Assembly (NCBI GenBank): GCA_031406575.1
Contig: JANOHP010000015.1
Coordinates: forward strand, 25,205 to 89,204
Reading direction: 5' to 3'
DNA length: 64,000 nucleotides
DNA from: Hyphomicrobiales bacterium
GTDB taxonomy: Bacteria; Pseudomonadota; Alphaproteobacteria; Rhizobiales; Hyphomicrobiaceae
The translations under genes were made by a program, and so were the position numbers. This document shows, in pieces, positions 16,923 through 24,705 of this stretch (positions are counted from its first letter, which is position 1; the number at the start of each line of letters is the position of its first letter). Below the pieces are notes generated by a model. It saw only the letters and a program-made list of their open reading frames with translations. It did no database searches and was not told the DNA's origin.

Positions 16923-17009
16923 GGTGAGATGGTGAGTGGTGAGGTCGTGAGTGGTGGGATGGCGAGGTGGTGGAACTGCCACTCACCACTGACCACTCAC
17001 CATCTCACC
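16923..17009. repeat. GTGAGTGG-rich long inverted repeat (intercistronic hairpin), copy 1
   Basis: Left arm GGTGAGATGGTGAGTGGTGAGGTCGTGAGTGG, right arm CCACTCACCACTGACCACTCACCATCTCACC. The outer 18 nt pair perfectly. It lies between the SDR stop (17016) and the MaoC start (16886). A related element is at 24600-24699. Confidence 0.75.
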
Positions 17010-17015
17010 CCCTTC

Positions 17016-17915
17016 TCAATCCAGATCGATGCCGTCCATGCCGGCGTTTTTGCGGATGCTGGGGAGCTGTTCGCGGAACAGGCGACCGGCTTCGCGCGGG
17101 TCCAGGGTCTGTGGCCGCTCGTCGCCGCGCCGCCAGCCTTCGAGCACGGCGATGCGGCCGAAGCCTGCTTGGAACACTCGGCCCGTGATGTCCTGCGCCT
17201 CTTCGCTGCAGAGATAGACGACGGTCGGCGATACCCATTTGGGATCGCGCATGGCGAGTTGCTCGGGCGTCAGCTCGCGCAGGCCCTCGGTCATGCGCGT
17301 CTGGGCCGAGGGCGACAGCGCGTTGACGGTGACGCCGATGCGGCGCAGTTCACGCGCGGCAATCACGGTGAAAGCGGCAATGCCAGCCTTGGCGGCACCG
17401 TAGTTGGTTTGGCCGACGTTGCCGTAGAGGCCCGACGTCGAACTGGTGTTGATGATGCGGCCTTTCACCGGCCCGTTGATCCTCTTCGATTCTTCCCGCC
17501 AGTAGGCGGCGGCATGGCGAGACGGGGCAAAGGTCCCCTTCAGATGCACTTGGATTACCGAATCCCACTCCAGCTCGGTCATGTTGACGAGCATGCGGTC
17601 GCGTAGAATGCCGGCGTTGTTGATCAAAATGTCCAGCTTGCCGAAAGTGCTGATGGCGTGGTCGATCATGCGCTTCGAGCCGTCCCAGCTCGAGACGTCT
17701 TCGCCGTTGACGATCGCCTCGCCGCCCATCTTTTTGATCTCGGCCACGGTCTGGGCGGCGTAGCTGTCGTCGCGCCCGGAGCCGTCGACGTTGGCGCCGA
17801 TGTCGTTGACCACGACCTTGGCGCCTTCTTTAGCGAGCAACAGGGAATGCTCGCGGCCCAGACCTCGCCCCGCACCGGTTACAATTGCCACGCGTCCATC
17901 ACACAACCCTGCCAT
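17016..17915 (-). CDS. SDR-family 3-hydroxyacyl-CoA dehydrogenase-like oxidoreductase (MFE-2 dehydrogenase-domain type)
   Basis: RVAIVTGAGRGLGREHSLLLAKEGAKVVVND, NNAG, and YGAAKAG (YxxxK). Start at ATG 17915, preceded by GGAGGA. Confidence 0.85.
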   Translation of the reverse strand: MAGLCDGRVAIVTGAGRGLGREHSLLLAKEGAKVVVNDIGANVDGSGRDDSYAAQTVAEIKKMGGEAIVNGEDVSSWDGSKRMIDHAISTFGKLDILINNAGILRDRMLVNMTELEWDSVIQVHLKGTFAPSRHAAAYWREESKRINGPVKGRIINTSSTSGLYGNVGQTNYGAAKAGIAAFTVIAARELRRIGVTVNALSPSAQTRMTEGLRELTPEQLAMRDPKWVSPTVVYLCSEEAQDITGRVFQAGFGRIAVLEGWRRGDERPQTLDPREAGRLFREQLPSIRKNAGMDGIDLD

Positions 17916-17994
17916 GCGCCCGTCCTCCACCTGTCGATCTTTTGGACAGTGTGCGACGGCAACCGTGGCAAAGGCAATGGCGATGCGCGGGCGG

Positions 17995-18231
17995 CTATTT
18001 TTTGGTGGCCGGCGCGGTCGCGCTCGGGTTGGTCTGCACGGAGATCCGCACATTGCCGTAACCGAAGTAGACGAGTGCACCGAAAATAACTGTGAACAGG
18101 ATAGCGGTGGCCAAGGCGTTGACGAACCGGTTGCTGAAGGTCAAGGCGTTGCCGATCAAGTCGACGACGAACACCACGACGGCAGCAAGGAGCACCGGCT
18201 CCATCCAGAAATATTCAGGGGGCAGAAACAT
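17995..18231 (-). CDS. small two-TM membrane protein, unknown function
   Basis: MFLPPEYFWMEPVLLAAVVVFVVDLIGNALTF...ATAILFTVIFGALVYFGYG. GGAGGA lies 7 nt upstream of ATG 18231. Confidence 0.55.
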   Translation of the reverse strand: MFLPPEYFWMEPVLLAAVVVFVVDLIGNALTFSNRFVNALATAILFTVIFGALVYFGYGNVRISVQTNPSATAPATKK

Positions 18232-18346
18232 TGGTGTCCTCCGTTGCTCGCGCCCACGCACAACCTCGATCGAGTTGATCTGGTGCGAGCCCCGAGCGAG
18301 GCGGAACGCAGCAACACAGCAAAAAGTTCCTGGTCGCCACACGAAA

Positions 18347-19093
18347 TCAATTCACCCCGACGGCACGGCTGAGAGTGGGGCCGATTTCGGCGTTGATGAC
18401 GAGGTCGGCGATCGGATCCTGGTCGGTCGGGTCGCGGTTGAGGATGACGTAACGCGCGCCATTGCGCTTGGCCATGATCGGGAAGCCCGCGGCGGGGTAG
18501 ACGACCAGCGAGGACCCGATGGTGATGCAGAGGTCCGCTTCCAGCGCCACCTCGCGCGCCCGTTCCATCTCGTCTTCGGGCATGGATTGGCCAAATGAGA
18601 TGGTGGCTGTCTTGATCATGCCGCCGCAGGCCGTGCATTTGGGTAGTCGCTCGTCGAGGGAGAAAATCTCGCGCACCCAGTCGAGGGTGTAGCGCTCCCC
18701 ACAGTCCAAGCAACTGGCGTAGGTTGCGTTGCCATGCAGCTCGATCACCTTGTCGTCGGGAATGCCGGACGCCTGATGCAGGCCGTCGATGTTCTGGGTG
18801 ATGACGGCGGACATACGGCCCTGCTCCACGAGGCGGGCGAGCGCGCGGTGGCCGGCGTTGGGCGTGGCCGCCTTCATGACGGCGTCGGAGGCGAATTTGC
18901 GCCGCCAAGACTCACGGCGCGCGTCGGCGGAGGCGATGAAGTCGCTGAACTCGATGGGTTTGAATTTGGTCCAGATGCCGCCCGGCGAACGAAAGTCGGG
19001 AATACCGGATTCGGTGGAGATTCCGGCCCCGGTAAAGGCGACGATCCGCCGGGCATCGGCGATCATGCGCGCGAGGTCGTCGACTTTGGCCAT
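18347..19093 (-). CDS. cobB: NAD-dependent protein deacylase (Sir2/CobB family)
   Basis: GAGISTESGIPDFRSPGGIW, QNIDGLH, and a zinc ribbon CLDCG...CTACGG. Start at ATG 19093. Confidence 0.88.
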   Translation of the reverse strand: MAKVDDLARMIADARRIVAFTGAGISTESGIPDFRSPGGIWTKFKPIEFSDFIASADARRESWRRKFASDAVMKAATPNAGHRALARLVEQGRMSAVITQNIDGLHQASGIPDDKVIELHGNATYASCLDCGERYTLDWVREIFSLDERLPKCTACGGMIKTATISFGQSMPEDEMERAREVALEADLCITIGSSLVVYPAAGFPIMAKRNGARYVILNRDPTDQDPIADLVINAEIGPTLSRAVGVN

Positions 19094-19251
19094 GGGTCCC
19101 CCTTTCGACTGGTCTTCTGGACGTTCAGAAGCGATTGTAGCAGATGTCGGCGGGGCACGTGCAGGCCGGGCGCGCAAGGGGCTGGATCAATGGCGCGGCC
19201 CGGTATTTTCGCCTAGGCTGGCCGGGAGAAGCCTAAGGAGACGAGGACGCG

Positions 19252-20442
<1,191 letters not shown>

Positions 20443-20460
20443 AGCTAGACCGACACGACG

Positions 20461-20490
20461 CCCCGAACGAGCCTTGGCGGCTCGTCGGGG
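20461..20490. terminator. GC-rich hairpin between convergent genes (possible bidirectional terminator, no U-tract)
   Basis: CCCCGAACGAGCC-TTGG-CGGCTCGTCGGGG forms a ~12-bp stem with one bulge. Confidence 0.3.
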
Positions 20491-20521
20491 GTGGGCAGTC
20501 GAGCGGCGCGTATGGATCGGT

Positions 20522-20950
20522 TCAGCGGGTCATCGTGACCGTTGCCGACGAGCCGCCGCCAGCGAAGGCCGCGTTCATGGATCGGCCCTTCACTGTAATG
20601 TGCAATGTTCCCGTGATGCCGTACTCGAGATTTTCGAAATTGCCAATGAATCGGTTGGGGCTCGTCTGAGCAACCACGGCGAACTGCTGCACCCGCACCG
20701 ACGCCGTAGCGCAGGTGGCTGTCATCGAGTAGCTGCCGCTACCGCGTTTGGCGAAGGTCGCTTTGCAGCGCACTTTCTCGATATCGCCGGTCGGCAAGCG
20801 CACGCTACCGGCCCCGCTCCAGGTGCCTTCGAGGCCGGCTGCGGCCTGAGGAGCGGCGATGGCCTGAGGGCCATCGCTCAACGTCAACGCAGACACGACA
20901 AAGAAGCCCGCGGTCAAGGCCGCTGCGGCGCGTAATCCGAAGTTCTGCAT
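20522..20950 (-). CDS. secreted hypothetical protein
   Basis: MQNFGLRAAAALTAGFFVVSALTLSDGPQAIAAPQAA looks like a signal peptide. The gene is immediately downstream of spoVR. Start at ATG 20950 (GAGGA 9 nt upstream); ATG 20959 is an alternative. Confidence 0.55.
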   Translation of the reverse strand: MQNFGLRAAAALTAGFFVVSALTLSDGPQAIAAPQAAAGLEGTWSGAGSVRLPTGDIEKVRCKATFAKRGSGSYSMTATCATASVRVQQFAVVAQTSPNRFIGNFENLEYGITGTLHITVKGRSMNAAFAGGGSSATVTMTR

Positions 20951-21008
20951 TGGGGGCATCCTCGAAGGTTGGATGTTCGCAATGTAGCAGACGATTCGGG
21001 TTCCCCGT

Positions 21009-22559
21009 TCAGGGCAACGGCAGCGTTTCATGCTCGCGGAGTTTTTTTCCCGACTGTGTGTCTACTTCCACGAGGCGCACGCGATAGCCCCAAAGCCGCG
21101 CGACGTGCATCAGCGTGCGGTCGCATTCTTCCTTGTCGAGAAGAATGCCGTCGCGGACGAAGTGCGTGAGCACGAGACGGCGGCTGCCGGCGAGATCGGC
21201 GTCGGTGACTTGAATGTCGGGGTCTTGCTGCCCGACATCGTACTGGCGCGCGAGCATGCGGCGCACTTGTTTGTAGCCCTGGGCATCGTGGATCGCCTCG
21301 ACGCGGACATTGCTGTTTTCGGATTCATCGCGCAGATGAAACATCCGGAAGTCGCGCATCACTTTCGGCGAGAGGAATTGCAGGATGAAACTCTCGTCAC
21401 GAAAGTCGGCCCAGGCCGTTCTCAAAATACCCATGTAATCCGAGTTGCCCGCGAAATCGGGGAACCAAGCGCGGTCTTCGTCCGTCGGCTCCAGGCAGAT
21501 GCGTTTGATGTCGCGCATCATCGCATAACCAAGCGCATAGGGATTGAAGCCGCCAAAGCCGCGATCGTTGAAGCCGGGCTGATAGACGACGGCGGCGTGC
21601 ATGTGCGCGAACTCGAGCATGGAGCCTTCCGTGACGAGCCCCTTCTCGAACATGCGGTTCATGATCTCGTAATGCACGAACGTGGCGCAGCCCTCGTTCA
21701 TCACTTTCGTTTGGCGTTGCGGATAGAAATACTGCGACATGACGCGAACGATCCGAAGCAGTTCGGCCTTCCAATCTTCCAGTTTGGGAGCATTCTTTTC
21801 CAGGAAATAGAGGATATTTTCCTCCGGCAGGCTGAGCGCCTGCTGCTCGGCTCGGCTTTCCTCGCTGACCTCCGAGACCGCTTTCTTGACGCCGGGCTTG
21901 GGAAGCGTGCGGTAAATTTCGTTGAAAATTTCGATCTCGTAGTCTTTGCGGGCCTGTTCGCGCTGACGCTCCTTGGCTGGATCAAAGCGCCGCCGCGGCT
22001 TGGCGTTGCGCGACACACCCTGGTTCATCAGCGCGTGCGCGGCATCGAGCACGGATTCCACGGCACCGACGCCGTAGCGTTCCTCGCAATCGGAAACGTA
22101 GCGTTTGGCGAAGTCGAGATATTCCAAGATGGCGTCGGCCTGGGTCCACTGGCGAAACAGGTAGTTGTTCTTGAAGAAGTGGTTGTGACCCATCGCGGCG
22201 TGCGCCATCACCAAGCACTGCATCGTCATGGAATTTTCTTCCATGATGTAATTGATGCAGGGATCGGAATTGATGACGATCTCGAAGGCCAGAGAGCGCG
22301 CACCCTTGCGATACATCATCTCATCGCGGGCAAAGCGCTTACCGAAGGACCAGTGCCGATACATGAGGGGCATGCCGATCGACGAGTACGCATCGAGCAT
22401 CTGCTCGGCGGTAATCACCTCGATCTGGTTCTTGTAGATGTCGAGGCCCATCTCGCCGACGCCGATCTCCTCGATGGCCTCGTAGGTGCGCCCGATCAGA
22501 TCGAAATTCCATTCCGGCCCGATAAAGAGGGGTTTGTGGTTTGCCCGCGTGGTCGCCAT
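21009..22559 (-). CDS. spoVR: SpoVR/YcgB family protein
   Basis: 516 aa with LFIGPEWNFDLI...YRHWSFGKRF...LAFEIVINSDPC...MAHAAMGHNHFF. Third gene of the prkA module. Confidence 0.88.
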   Translation of the reverse strand: MATTRANHKPLFIGPEWNFDLIGRTYEAIEEIGVGEMGLDIYKNQIEVITAEQMLDAYSSIGMPLMYRHWSFGKRFARDEMMYRKGARSLAFEIVINSDPCINYIMEENSMTMQCLVMAHAAMGHNHFFKNNYLFRQWTQADAILEYLDFAKRYVSDCEERYGVGAVESVLDAAHALMNQGVSRNAKPRRRFDPAKERQREQARKDYEIEIFNEIYRTLPKPGVKKAVSEVSEESRAEQQALSLPEENILYFLEKNAPKLEDWKAELLRIVRVMSQYFYPQRQTKVMNEGCATFVHYEIMNRMFEKGLVTEGSMLEFAHMHAAVVYQPGFNDRGFGGFNPYALGYAMMRDIKRICLEPTDEDRAWFPDFAGNSDYMGILRTAWADFRDESFILQFLSPKVMRDFRMFHLRDESENSNVRVEAIHDAQGYKQVRRMLARQYDVGQQDPDIQVTDADLAGSRRLVLTHFVRDGILLDKEECDRTLMHVARLWGYRVRLVEVDTQSGKKLREHETLPLP

Positions 22560-22576
22560 GGTCTGGTCAACGCCCC

Positions 22577-23857
22577 TCAGTTGGTGGCCGAGCTGGAAAA
22601 CAGCTCGTGGAACACCGGGAAGATTTCTCCGGGGTTGGTGACTCGGCGCATGGCGAAATGCCGGTGACGATCAGCCAATTCCTTGTAGCCGTGCCACACG
22701 ATGGTTTCGCCGGGGCCTGAGCGTTCGGACACCTCGATATAGGCGAAATACTGACTGGCGGGGAGGAGATGCTCCTGCACCAACTCGATGCAGCGGCCCA
22801 TGTCGTCGGGGATGTTGTCGCCGTCGGATGCCTGCGCGGCGTAGATGTTCCAATCCTCCGGCGAGTAGCGTTCCTTGACGATGCGGTCCATCTCGTCGAG
22901 CGCGGTGGAGATGACGGTGCCGCCCGTCTCGACGCCGCGAAAGAACGTTTCTTCGTCGACTTCGGCGGCCGTCGAAGTGTGGCGAATGAAGACCAGATCG
23001 ACCTCGCGGTAATGGCGCGAAAGGAAGAGGTGGAGCAACATGAAGAAGCGCTTGGCGAGTTCCTTGAGGGGCTCGGTCATGGAGGCCGAAGCGTCCATCA
23101 GGCAGAACATGACCGCCTGGGTCGACGGCCGCGGCACACGCTCGAAGCGATTGTACTGGAGATCGATCGGGTCGACGTAGGCGATGGATTTTCGCATGCG
23201 CTCCATGCGCGCGAGCTTGGCGCGCAACTCGGCGATCAGCACTTCGTTGGGAATTTTTTCCGCTTCGGCTGCCCGAATCTCTTCTTCGAGCTTGCGGATG
23301 TCCTCTTGCTTGGGCCGCTTCAGCGCGATGCGCCGTGACAGACTTTTGCGCATGGTGCGCACGCGGTTCATTTTTGCGGGCGGGCCATCCGTGGTGTAGC
23401 CGGCGCGCTGCATGACCGGCGTCTTCATGTCCTTCAGCTTGGTTTTGACGAGGTTGGGCAACTTCAAGTCCTCGAAGAAAACGTCGAGGAACTCGTCCTT
23501 CGAGAGCGTGAAAACGAAATCGTCGCTGCCTTCGCCATCGGGGCTGGCTTTGCCACCACCTCCGCCGCCGCCACCGCCGCCCTGTGGTTTTGGAATGAGG
23601 TCGCCCGAGCGGTATTCTTTATTGCCGGGCAAAACCATGTCGCGGTTGCCACCATCGCGACTGGGCGAGAAGGAGGGTTCGCGCACGCTCTTGGAGCGGA
23701 TCGAGATTTTCTCCGAACCCTCGACGTTGGCCACCTTGCGCTTCTTGACGGCGTCGCGCACGGCTTCGCGAATGTCGGCCTTTGCACGGCGCACGAAGCG
23801 CTGGCGATTGCCCAGAGATTTCGATTTCGGATTGAGGCGGCGGTCGACGATGTTCAT
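22577..23857 (-). CDS. yeaH: YeaH/YhbH (DUF444) family protein
   Basis: MNIVDRRLNPKSKSLGNRQRFVRRAKADIREAV..., an internal poly-Gly tract, and a vWA-like C-terminal half. Confidence 0.88.
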   Translation of the reverse strand: MNIVDRRLNPKSKSLGNRQRFVRRAKADIREAVRDAVKKRKVANVEGSEKISIRSKSVREPSFSPSRDGGNRDMVLPGNKEYRSGDLIPKPQGGGGGGGGGGKASPDGEGSDDFVFTLSKDEFLDVFFEDLKLPNLVKTKLKDMKTPVMQRAGYTTDGPPAKMNRVRTMRKSLSRRIALKRPKQEDIRKLEEEIRAAEAEKIPNEVLIAELRAKLARMERMRKSIAYVDPIDLQYNRFERVPRPSTQAVMFCLMDASASMTEPLKELAKRFFMLLHLFLSRHYREVDLVFIRHTSTAAEVDEETFFRGVETGGTVISTALDEMDRIVKERYSPEDWNIYAAQASDGDNIPDDMGRCIELVQEHLLPASQYFAYIEVSERSGPGETIVWHGYKELADRHRHFAMRRVTNPGEIFPVFHELFSSSATN

Positions 23858-24456
23858 TGATTTGAATCCCGATCGGTCTCAGCCGAAGCAAGCGGAATGC
23901 CGCCATAGACGGTCATGAGAGAAAGCGCTGCGGGCGTTCCCGGAATGGCGATGACGTCGTCGGGATTGTCGAGGCGAACGGCATCCCAGGTGCCATCAGC
24001 GCCGCGCGAATAGACCATGACGTCCATGATCGTGGGATCGATGTGCACGATGGTCGTGAGGCTCGGGTGACGGAGATACTCCTGCAGCTTCTCGCTGCGG
24101 TCGAGCTGGCGGGTCGTCGGCGACAGGATCTCGAATGCGGCGACTGGATTGCGGGCTTCGAGCGTGCCGCGCTCTACCGGGGCGCAATCGATCGTCACAT
24201 TCGGACGGCGCACACGCTTGATGTTGGTCCGGACGGCCGTGTCCGCGGTCGTCGGGCGGCACGGCGAGCCGGCAAGCTGAGCGCCAAGCGCCACGATGAC
24301 GTTGACGACGACGGCGTCGTGCTCACCGCGTGCACCCGACATCCCGCGGAGCGGCACGGGCACGCCGTCGACGAGCTCGTAGCGCTCGTCCTGCGAGAGG
24401 TTCCACTCCAGGAACTCGTCGACCGTCATGTCGGTGCTGCGCAGGGGTTCGCCCAT
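23854..24456 (-). CDS. Uma2 (DUF820) family PD-(D/E)xK nuclease-like protein, inserted inside the prkA operon
   Basis: MGEPLRSTDMTVDEFLEWNLSQDERYELVDGVPVPL...RRPNVTIDC...AAFEILSPTTRQLDRSEKLQEYLRHPSLTTIVHIDP matches the Uma2 layout (YELxxG, PD-like, EhlSPst, DxxxKxxxY). Start at ATG 24456. The stop overlaps the yeaH ATG (ATGA). Confidence 0.7.
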   Translation of the reverse strand: MGEPLRSTDMTVDEFLEWNLSQDERYELVDGVPVPLRGMSGARGEHDAVVVNVIVALGAQLAGSPCRPTTADTAVRTNIKRVRRPNVTIDCAPVERGTLEARNPVAAFEILSPTTRQLDRSEKLQEYLRHPSLTTIVHIDPTIMDVMVYSRGADGTWDAVRLDNPDDVIAIPGTPAALSLMTVYGGIPLASAETDRDSNQ

Positions 24457-24590
24457 CAAGTCCTCGACCTCAACTCTAGCCAGCAACTCCGGCGCATCCG
24501 ACCCCCTGAAGGCCTCGCGCGACGCGCGAAGCGCTGGCGGTTGCCGAGGTTCTTGGACTTGGGGTTCAGGCGGCGGTCGACGATGTTCAT
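24456..24590 (-). pseudogene. duplicated, diverged yeaH 5' end forming a 44-codon leader ORF
   Basis: The ATG at 24590 reads MNIVDRRLNPKSKNLGNRQRFARRAR, then goes out of register and stops at TGA 24458-24456, which shares one base with the Uma2 ATG. About 62/78 nt are identical to 23780-23857. Confidence 0.7.
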
Positions 24591-24599
24591 TGGGGCACT

Positions 24600-24699
24600 C
24601 GTGAGTGGTCAGTCGTGAGTGGTGAGTGGTGGGGTCGGTTGACATGGCGCGACAGCCGCAACTGCCGTGCCACTCACCCGTGATCACTCACCACTCACG
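24600..24699. repeat. GTGAGTGG-rich long inverted repeat (intercistronic hairpin), copy 2
   Basis: CGTGAGTGGTCAGTCGTGAGTGGTGAGTGGTGGGG ... GCCACTCACCCGTGATCACTCACCACTCACG, lying between the prkA stop (24706) and the yeaH-relic ATG (24590). The loop shares AACTGCC with copy 1. Confidence 0.7.
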
Positions 24700-24705
24700 C
24701 TGCAC

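Noticed and set aside
16923-17009. GTGAGTGG-rich repeats as a CRISPR array
   Set aside because: The units are inverted, not direct repeats separated by unique spacers. Only one hairpin occurs per locus, and there are no cas genes in the window.
18347-19093. Sir2-domain gene next to a small membrane protein as a possible anti-phage (Thoeris/DSR-like) module
   Set aside because: The protein is a compact 248-aa CobB-type sirtuin with the standard GAGISTESGIPDFR, QNIDGLH and Cys4 zinc ribbon. It has no extra effector or sensor domains. The neighbour is a generic 78-aa two-TM protein, and there is no island context.
23854-24687. Full 277-aa ORF as an N-terminally extended Uma2 protein
   Set aside because: Its first 77 residues are an off-frame reading of the GTGAGTGG hairpin and of the duplicated yeaH 5' end (NEHRRPPPEPQVQEPRQPP...). 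The Uma2 homology begins near ATG 24456.
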